This document shows positions 54,553 to 64,000 of a stretch of 64,000 bases of DNA, piece after piece. Where the stretch lies: assembly GCF_009914755.1 (NCBI RefSeq), contig NC_060936.1; one strand, written 5' to 3'. The notes beneath the pieces were generated by a model. It was not told where the DNA came from. It was given only the letters and a program-made list of their open reading frames with translations, and ran no database searches. Made by a program: the position numbers and the translations under genes. This DNA is from the human T2T-CHM13v2.0 reference genome, Homo sapiens. Every line of letters starts with the position of its first letter. Positions within the stretch are counted from its first letter, which is position 1.

Positions 54553-55262
54553 TTGTTCCAGGTATGTATTGCTGCTCAACAAACTTCTCTAAAAGCTAGG
54601 GGCCATAATTTCTCTTAGTTCTATAGATGAACTGGGTTGAGTGAAATAGTTTCTTCTTGGGGTCTTTCATGCAGTTGCAGTCAGATAGCTGAGGCTGCAG
54701 TCATCTGAAGACTCTTCTGGGCTGGTGGCCTAAGATGGCTCACTCAGAGTTGTGTTGATGCTGGCTATTATCTGGGAACCCAGCTGGGGTTGTGGGCCAG
54801 AGTTTCTATACAGTCTCTCCGTGGTATCTTGGGTTTCTATCTGCATGGCAGCTGGGATCCGAGAGGGAGTGTCTCAAGCACAAGGGTTCCTCAGATAACT
54901 GGTAGCATCTATATTTATCCTTCTGTGTCTGGCTTAATATTTCATGTGAGTTTGAGAAAATGTGTCTTGTGCTTGTTGTTAAGTATTTTATAAATGTCAA
55001 TTAAATCCAGTAATTTTAAAAAAAGAAAACAAGTATTCAACGAGGCCCAGGCAGAAGCTGCGACTTTTTATGAATTGGACTTGCAAGTCCAAGAACGTTA
55101 TTTCCACCATAGTCTACTGGTCAAACAAATCACCAAATCTAGCCCAGATTCAAGGGGGTGGGGGGCAGTAATTATAATACATCTTTTGATGGGGGAGAGA
55201 CGAGTTCACATCATAGAAAAATAAGTGGGGTAGGAGGTATTTTGGAAAATATAGTCTGCCAA
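54553..55262 (-). mobile_element. MLT1 (H-like) LTR with a ~140-bp insertion at 54891-55029
   Basis: GCAGTCATCTGAAG, AAGATGGCTCACTCA and AGCCCAGATTCAAGGGG antisense MLT1 blocks. Confidence 0.8.
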
Positions 55263-55275
55263 ATTAATACTCATT

Positions 55276-55559
55276 ATTTTATTATTTTTTTGAGATGGAG
55301 TCTGTCTCTGTCACCCATGCCAGAGTGCAGTGGTGCAATCTCGGCTCACTGCAACCTCTGCCTCCCAGGTTCAAAAGGTTCTCCTGCCTCAGTCTCCTGA
55401 TTAGCTGGGACTACAGGTAAGCACCACCATGCCCACCTAATTTTTGTATTTTTAGTAGAGATGGGGTTTCACCATGTCGGCCAGGCTGGTTTCAAGTGGT
55501 CCGCCTGCCTCGGCCTTCTAAAGTGCTGGGATTACAACTGTGAGCCACCACACCTGGCC
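55276..55559 (-). mobile_element. AluS element with a short deletion across the B-box region
   Basis: Antisense dimer; TSD AATA(C/T)TCATT. Confidence 0.95.
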
Positions 55560-55861
55560 AATATTCATTCTTTAAAAGGGCATGAGTCATATCTTTTACC
55601 CTAAAATGTCTTGGTCAGAGTACTTAGGTCTTTGGAGGATAAAAATCAAATTTCTTATAGACCTTTAACATTGGGGGGGAAATGAAATCCATTTGAAGGC
55701 AGATGCTAAGCTATGTTTCACACAGAGGATGAAGAAATTATGTAGATGAATGAGAGCATTGGTTAGGAATTAGGATTTGGGAGTTCTACTCCTGACACTC
55801 TTGAGGACTTTCTTATAAACTGAAGTCAATAAACCACTGAACCTCTAAATCTCATACTCCT

Positions 55862-56219
55862 TGTATTAGTCTGTTCTCATGCTGCTAATAAAGAAATACC
55901 TGAGACTGGGTAATTTATAAAGGAAAGAGGTTTAATTTACTTACAGTTCCACATGGCTGGGGAGGCCTCACAATCATGGCTGAAGGTAAACGAGGAGCAA
56001 AGTCATGCGGTGGCAGGCAAGAGAGCACTTGTGTAGGGAGGAACTCTTTATAAAACCATCAGATCTCGTGATACTTATTCACTATCACGAGAACAGCATG
56101 GGAAAGACCCACCCCCATGATTCAATCGCCTCCCACCAGGTTCCTCCCATGACACGTGGGAATTATGGGAGCTACAATTCAAGATGAGATTTGGGTGGGG
56201 ACACAGCCAAAGCATATCA
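55862..56219 (-). mobile_element. THE1B-like solo LTR inserted in a MIR
   Basis: TGTATTAGTC...GGGGACACAGCCAAAGCATATCA; 5-bp TSD CTCCT. Confidence 0.95.
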
Positions 56220-56249
56220 CTCCTCCTCTATAAAAAGAGGATGCCATTT

Positions 56250-57730
56250 GACAAGTGCTTTTCTATGCTCGCTGCCCACTAGAATCACGTGAGAAACATT
56301 GCAAAATATATCCCTAGTGACCACCCCAGACAAATTGGCGCTGAGGAGGGTGAGGCTGGGGTATCTTTCATCTCCCTCTAATCAGTCAAACTTGAGAAAC
56401 ATTGGCTTAGACCCGTGATATTTTATCAACCATACTCACATTTCCTCACAACCCCAGTTATGACACATTAGAATCACCTGCCAATGTATTGGTTCAAACT
56501 CTGATTTCGTTTGCCTGAGGTTGGGTGCAGGTATTGGTGTTTGCAAAAAGCTCCCCAGATTATTTCAATATGAAGTTAGGGTTGATAACTCATGACTCAG
56601 AAAACATGGTTTTTAAATTTTAGTGTGCACCAATAACTTGAAGGGCTTGTTAAAACACAGATTGCTGGGCCCACCCCCAACATTTTTGATTCAGTATGTC
56701 TGAAATAGGCCTGGAAATATGAATTTCTAATGAGTTCCTAGGTGATGTTGATGTTGCTGGTTTGGAGACCACAGTTTGGGAACCACTGTTTTAGAGAATT
56801 GCTATAGTGTTGAGCTATATTAGTATGAGTTGGTTGAGGAAACCTCTCAGGGGTGTCCCACCCCTGAGAAGGGAAAACTCACTAGAACAGTGCACTTCTA
56901 ACTTGAATGTGCATTACCTGTGGATCTTGTTAAAATGTAGATTTTGCATTTCTAACGGGTGTCTAAGTGGTGCCCATGCTGCCCACAGAGAGAATGCTGC
57001 ATAGCAATGCACTTGCATAAGTATCTGTAAAGATCATTACAAGCCTAAAATGGACCATCATGGGGATTGTGGTAAAAAGGAGACCAGTTAGAAAGCCACT
57101 TGTGAGTTAGGAATGCAAACAAGGTTGAGAAATGGCAGGAGGTACTGGAATAAACTGAAGTCCAGATATAGAAGCTGTATGATAAAGATCTTGTTATTTT
57201 CCACACCAGTTGAGTCTTTAATGGGCTTTTTTTTTCAAGCATCTTGCTTTTTAATGTATTATGTTTCTTGTTATGAAATCTATTGCATATAATGTGTGTG
57301 ACAGACATAGAAAGTATACAGAAGAAAACAACAAATGTGGCCTGATTTAAAAAATTACTTTCACCTAGAATTTAAAAGGTCTTAAAAACAGGTGAAAATG
57401 TCATCATTTTTTAGTAGTTAAGAAGCTTCACTAGCAGAAAACTATTCCTAACACACTCAAAACTTGCTCTGATGCCCAGGATGCCATTAAAGATCCATTT
57501 CTTTGGGTTGAGAAATGTTAACATCAAGATCCTCTGGAAAGGTCATTGCTATTACTTGATTTGTGCTCTGAAGCAGAGGGCAGGCCAGAAGGAGATTTTT
57601 GGAAAATATACGTGTCTTGGCCCTATCCTTAGAGATTCAGATATAATCGATTTGATAGGCCTTTAATTTATATTTTAAAATCTCCCAGTGATTCTCACGT
57701 ATCCCCTCAGTTGAGATCCATTGCCTTGTG
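56250..57730. mobile_element. Cluster of about 5 MER5A/B-like MITEs
   Basis: Recurrent TTAGAATCACC(TG), CTTGTTAAAA and TTGAGAAACATTG/TTGGGAACCACTG termini. Confidence 0.7.
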
Positions 57731-58135
57731 GGACTTAGGTGGTCAGATTCTTTCTGCTGAGAATAGCATGAAACAGAATGAGGCCAGCTGGAGCAGGAGG
57801 CAGAGGAAAGCATGACATGCAGTATTAAAAGGTTTTGGATTGAGCATTGGTTTTGCTCCTAATGTACGATCTAGGGTTGTCTCTATTTCTATAAAATGGG
57901 TATTATAAATAAATGCCTTATAATGTTATTCTCAGGGCTGAGCTATCATGTGAAAACAACTTGTAAATTTCTAAAGCATTACACAATTATCATTATTGTA
58001 TAATTGAACTGTACAAAAATTAGGTACTAATGGGGGAGAGAGGACAGGTATGCTGTTAGTTTTTTTTTTCTATGAGCTATTCAAACATATATTTAAGAAC
58101 AGATTTAAGGAAAATAGGTATTAGCCTCTAGAAAT

Positions 58136-58369
58136 AGGGTTTCTTAACCTCAGCACTACTGACATTTTGTGCTGGCTAATTCTTTCTTATGGGAGAGAGG
58201 AGGTACTGGCTGGTGCATTGTAGGATATTTTGCAGCATTCTTGGCCACTACTCACTAGATGCCAGAAGAACCCTCTCCCACTCCCTGGTTATGATAACCA
58301 AAAATCTTTCCGGAATTACTAAAAGTCTCTTGGGAGGGGCAAAACTGCACTCCCCATTGAAAATCACTG
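58136..58369 (+). mobile_element. MER20 (hAT-Charlie)
   Basis: TTCTTAACCTCAGCACTACTGACATTTTG...CACTAGATGCCAG...TTGAAAATCACTG. Confidence 0.85.
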
Positions 58370-59743
58370 CTGTAAAGCCAGTTAACAGTCTTCAATTATG
58401 TGATTGAAAAAACAAATTATTTACATCACGAATACCTGTTTTTCAACCCTACTCCCTGAAACAATAGAAAACGCTATTCAGGATATTAGGAAGGAGATAA
58501 CAGCCACATATTGAATACTTGGGATAGTTTATCAAATGTAGCCCTTTGAACAATGTGTCCTGGTTTGCCAGGATGTTAGCATTGAAAGTTTTACAAGCTG
58601 AGAAACCCCTTCCTACTCTTTATTCTCATTCTCTATGGAACTCAGAGGAGGGGGATCATTCCACATTTGTTGGCAATGAAGGCAACTAACATCGGTCGGG
58701 GGCCTGTTATATATCAGATGTCTTACCTGTTTGCATCACTTCATCCTCACAGTAGCCATCTAGATAGGTGGTTCCATATTACAAATGAAGAAGCTGAAAC
58801 CCTAATGCAGAACCTTGCCCCGTACACATAGCTGGCAAGAGGTAGAGCAAGGTTCAGCTCCAAGTGTTTCTCAATCTCAAGTCTGTGTTCATTCTGCCAC
58901 ATCACTCCGCTAGTAGGCTTGAAAATTTCTGAAACCTTAAGTCACTATTTGATTTTCTAGGGTCTTTGAAAATTGTTTTTAAAAAAGAGACATGGGAAAG
59001 TAACTTCTAGTCCAACATTCTTTTGCATTTGAGCTCTGGTTAGTGAGTGTCCAAGATTAGAGTCATTTGGAGTAAACTCTCTTTACCCTCTTGCTTGTCT
59101 CCCTGTACGGGATGAGAACCTGCCAAACACTAGAGCATCTTATCCTGTAACTAGAATCAAACTCAGTGCTACCATGAGAATCTATGTTCACTGGGGACCC
59201 AAGGACTACAGCTGGAATGCCATTAGATTCCATTAAATTCAAATAACCTCCTGCAATTCCATCTAACTCTCCAGGTAAGAGAGTAATATTTATGCTTTTC
59301 AATGTGTCTTGGTTAATTATATTGCACAGTGGTCCATCTGTTGTAAAAGATACATTGATGAACAGCCAAATTATATTAGGCATGTCTCATTAGGTTAGGA
59401 ATGCTATTATCTGTCTCAGTTCACTGTAATAGAACAGAACACAGTAGCTTAACATTGTTCTTCAGTCATAGGAGAACCTCAGGGGAGAGAAGTTCAGAAG
59501 AATAACATAAATGGGGAAGTAAATCACTGAATGTAGCTATAGGGTCTGGAATGCTACTAAAAATAGGCTGAATGTTTCCAAAGACTGGGTCCAAAATCAA
59601 GGCAATCACAGGGTTATATAATGCTTTTTCAGAAATAGCACTTGTACATATAAATGCCAATGAGAAAATGAAAGGTATACTAAATTTGCTGGTTGTCACT
59701 TATTACTTGGACAAACAAATTTTCTTAATAAACAAACTTGTTA

Positions 59744-60085
<342 letters not shown>

Positions 60086-60491
60086 AAAAATTTAGTTACT
60101 TGAGAATAACTTTATATCTCTCCAAAGTTTAGAGAGACCTATCCAGTATAAAAATAATAAAAGTGAGATTAATAGAACTTAATAATGTGTGGCCTACTCT
60201 TCATGTAATGAGAATACTTTTCACCATGTGGAACTCATTTCATTTATTGGTCATTTAAAGAAGAATAATTCTCAATGTTGCCATATGTGTTCCAATGACA
60301 AAGTAGCATGTTGGCAGATTCCTGCTGCACTAACCTTTTGTTCCTAGTCTCATAGCTAGGTTTTTAAAAACAAACAAGCGATTTGTGGATTATTAATCTT
60401 CAGTAGAGGCCATCGATGTTCTAAGGAACTCAAAAACCACATCGTGGGAAGGAGAGTTACAAGACACTCTTTAGTGGATTTGGTCTAAAGG

Positions 60492-60553
60492 GATGATTCT
60501 CATGTTCCCTGAGAATGTCAAGGAATGGCAATTGAGGGAACATGAGAATCATC
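60492..60553. repeat. Perfect 19-bp inverted repeat with a 24-nt spacer (hairpin)
   Basis: GATGATTCTCATGTTCCCT (60492-60510) and AGGGAACATGAGAATCATC (60535-60553) are exact reverse complements. Confidence 0.95.
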
Positions 60554-60893
60554 TTCAAACACTTGAAGAAGTTGCAGGTGGAAGACGGATTGGATTTTTA
60601 TAAGTAGCAAAGAAGTACATAACAGATCTTGGGTGGAAATTACAGGAAGACACATTTCAACTTCTATAAGGCACAATATTTTGTTAGACTGTTCCAAAAT
60701 GTAATGGGCTGCATGGTGCGATAGTAAGTTTTCAGGCACAGCAAGTTTATATGTGTTCATTCATTCATCGTTCATTCACTCAATAAATAATTACTAGTGC
60801 CTACTGTATGCCAGGCATTGTTCTAAATTCTGGGAAGATAGCTATAGATAAGAAAGACAAGGTCCCTGATCTTATATCACTTATATTCTAGAG

Positions 60894-61458
60894 TAGGAGT
60901 TGATAAACTTTATCTGTAAAGGACCAGATAGCAAATATTTCAGGCTTTGCAAGCCATGTGGCCTCTGTTGTGACTACTAAACTCTGCCATTGCAGTACAA
61001 AAGCAGCCATGACCAAGGGCTGGCAAACTATGGCCTGCAGGCCAAACCCTGCTTACTATCTTCTTTTCTAAATAAAACTCTGTTGGAACACACTCACAAT
61101 CAATTGGTTCCCTATTGCCTGTGGCTAACTTTGTGCTTTACAAGCAGAGTTGAATAGTTGTGACAGAGATGGTATGCCCTGTAAAGCCTAAACTATTTAC
61201 TTTCTTACTCTTTACAGAAAAAAAGTTTGCTGATCCTTCCCATAGTAAGTACATGAACAAAGAATTGTGACTGTTTTCCAATACAACTTTAATTATAGAT
61301 ACTGAAATCTGAATTTTATACAATGTTCATGTGTCAGAAATATTCATTTTGATTTTTCTCAATTATTTAAAAATGTAAAAACTATTCTTAGCTCATAGGA
61401 CAAACTAAAACATGGATGAGCTAGATTTGGCTTGTGCATCATAGTTTGCCAATTCCTG
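60894..61458. mobile_element. MER58B containing a nested, oppositely oriented MER58A (61014-61239); preceded by an antisense L2 3' end (~60767-60893)
   Basis: Outer TIRs with TSD TTCTA(G/A)AG; inner TIRs CAAGGGCTGGCAAACT and AGTTTGCTGATCCTTC. Confidence 0.85.
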
Positions 61459-62668
61459 TTCTAAAGTATGTTAACAAATCCACATATCTTAAATATTACT
61501 ATTTTTCATAATAGGTGAGAGCCTATTTTTAACTCCCGTTATGCTGATAAATAAGCTACTGATTTCACCATTATGTTAATTAACAAAATATCTATTGTCA
61601 ATCAGAAGAAAAGGTCACCAATATTCTTATAGTAGTCATCTCTGGTGGGTGGGGCTTTTCTGATAAAATTCTAGCTGCTTCCCCATTCCCTTCTACCACT
61701 CTGGGTGAAGTCCTAATTAGAACATTGAAATGCACCAGGCTTGTATTTTAGCCTAACTTATACATAATATCACACTATCTATGTGGACATATTATGGATT
61801 ACAGACATCATAACACTTTAATATGCGGAGACATTCAACTCTTCTTTGCTCAGCAATCCCTTCTTACCCTTTGAGGCATACTTTACATAATTAAAAGGGC
61901 CTATGAATTTCCCAAACAAAAACACCATCCATCTGGGATACTATATTTAGAGGCTGGCTGTAATTCCCGACCCCACATAGCAATTTTTCTATCATAGTGC
62001 ACATCAAAACAAACTACTCATGGTCAAATAGAAAAAAAAGTAAAAGTATTCAACTAGGTGTTTGACTGAAGTGATTAAGAAGTTTAATTTTAAATAATTA
62101 ATCTAATAACTACTTCTAGGTACCATCTGAATTTTTTTGTGAAATAATTTCTTAGCATAAATTTTTGTTTTAGGCAGATGTGCTACCTCTATATGAAATT
62201 TTATCAGTTAAAGTTTATTTGTATAGTTACACACATAAAGATGACACACAAGTTCAGAGCTCAATGCTAACACTAATGATTCTTCTTCTCCACTTCCTAC
62301 CAAAAGGGGTATGTAATTTTGAAACTAGAAGGTTGAATTCTGTTTAGAGGGTATAGACATAAATCTGACATTGGTTGATTCTGGGGCATGGACAAATGCA
62401 AGGTCAGTGATGTCATAATTTGTAAATAATGATTATAATTATTACATTCATTATAATCTGTTATGTACAGCCTCAATTCCTTTGACCCACTATTGCAAGG
62501 CTATATATTTGGGCAATATCCAAACCCCTGTTAAATCCAACTCTCTTCTAACTCTGCCTGCCCTCAAGCAGTGGACTGTGGGTAGGAAAAAGCACATAAC
62601 CATGAGAATTGGTGTTACTTTTCTTTCACTGCACTAGCTTCAAGTCAGCCCTTAGTACTGTCAGGCAG

Positions 62669-62801
62669 TCCTCCCTCCCTCCCTCTCTCCCTCCCTCCCT
62701 CCCTCCCTCCCTCCCTCCCTCCCTCCTTCCTTCCTTCCTTCCTTCCTTCCTTCCTTCCTTTCTCTCTTCCTTCCTTCTTTTCTTTTCTTTCTTTTTTTTC
62801 T
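62669..62801. repeat. (CCCT)n(CCTT)n polypyrimidine microsatellite
   Basis: 133 consecutive pyrimidines. Confidence 0.97.
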
Positions 62802-63800
62802 GGCACTACAAGATGCTCAAGAATCAACTTCTATATTTTTGTGCCCCAGTCTTTGGAATCAGACATTTCTCCAAGGAGCCTTAGTTAATTTTGTTTTGTG
62901 TTTTGGAGAATGGTCTGGATGCCAGGTGTGCTTGTTGCCTCTGAGGTGTCATTGCTTCTAGGCCCTCTCAACTGACAGACCAAGAAAATATTGTACATAT
63001 ATGTATACCAGCACATGTATACCCACATATCTAGAAAAATTTCCATATGTAAATACCTCTATCTATATTATACTGAACATGAGTTCATACTGATGTCTCC
63101 AACTCTAATCCATTGCCACACAGATCATCCTAACCACCTTTACTTGCTTTTCTGTAAATTCCAACTCCAATAGTGAAATACTTGGCTCCCACCATCCATT
63201 TACTTAGCCGTTCAATCTCAGAATACATGTATAGCAGTATCAGAATTGTTAAACCTTACTCCTATGGTAAACAGCTTTATCAACTAAAGCACACTGCTTC
63301 TGTGTACTTTCTTTTGCTTTCAGTATTACAGACTTCATTAATCTCTAAAGTTACTTAGGTCGGCACCTTTTTCCCCAACCCCCTCAGGGAAGTTGTTTCA
63401 TACATTTATAATATGATTAGATTGCTTTGTCACATTCTGCATTCCATACTGGGATTCCCAGATGGAATCCTGCGAAATAATTTTTTAAGTTGAAAACTAA
63501 GGTTCGATTTTTATGTTATTATTCTACAGGTTTTGACAAATGTATAATTTCACACATCCAATGTTATAATATTATACAGAATAGTTTACTCCCCTAAAAA
63601 AAAAAATCCCATGTGCTTCACCTATCAATCCTTCTCCTTTCCCCTAAATCCCTGGCAACTCCTGATCTTTTTACCATTGCTACAGTTTCGCCTTTTCTAG
63701 AATGTCATATAATTTGAATTATATAGTATGTCCTCTTTTCCAATTGACTTTTTTCATGTCGCAATGTGCATTTCAGATTTATCCATACCTTTCTGATACT
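62802..63800 (-). mobile_element. Old L1MC/MD 3' region
   Basis: Similar to 37420-38150 (GACATTTCTCCAAGGAGCC; CATGAGTTCATACTGATGTCTCCAACT). Confidence 0.75.
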
Positions 63801-64000
63801 TGTGGGTTTGTTAATTAGTGTTGAAAGATTGTAAATAATTTTCCATTGATGAAATGAGTGCTCTACAAGATATGTGGCTGTCTAGAAAACTTGTATGCAT
63901 TCCCCCCTCACCCTTTACCTATGAGCCTGCATAAGGAGAGGACTGGGAAAAGGAGAGGAGAATATAATAACTTTTTAGCCTTATAGAAAGAATACTTCGT

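Noticed and set aside
59063-59383. 106-aa ATG ORF in apparently unique DNA, plus a CAG|GTAAGA donor-like site at ~59274 on the other strand
   Set aside because: No recognisable homology or exon chain; such ORFs and donor motifs are expected by chance in 64 kb.

Overview
This is primate (human-like) non-coding genomic DNA: AT-rich, CpG-depleted, with no CpG island and no protein-coding exon, tRNA, rRNA or CRISPR array that I can support. I cannot name the locus. Much of it is interspersed repeats: about 13 Alu-family elements, L1s of several ages, L2/MIR, many LTRs (LTR33, MLT2B, MLT1, THE1B/C and MER31-, MER34-, MER84-, MER21-, MER77- and LTR47-like) and DNA transposons (MER91, MER112, MER1B, MADE1, MER45, Tigger2a, MER5, MER20, MER58). 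The first 5.4 kb is a decayed two-LTR ERVL provirus with readable gag, protease, RT, RNase H and dUTPase remnants. Every ORF I could attribute is repeat-derived, and the rest look like chance ORFs. I found no evidence for a new multi-gene system. The best leads are structural: a ~180-bp inverted duplication bracketing a THE1 LTR with a DUX4 motif (13492-14691), a pre-miRNA-like hairpin outside any repeat I recognise (60490-60555), a tandemly doubled L1PA stub with a triplicated target site (43848-44035), a perfect 36-bp palindrome (17217-17252) and an 84-bp tandem duplication (9963-10134). Repeat subfamily names come from recalled consensus sequences and need RepeatMasker/Dfam confirmation. 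Boundaries of old repeats are approximate.
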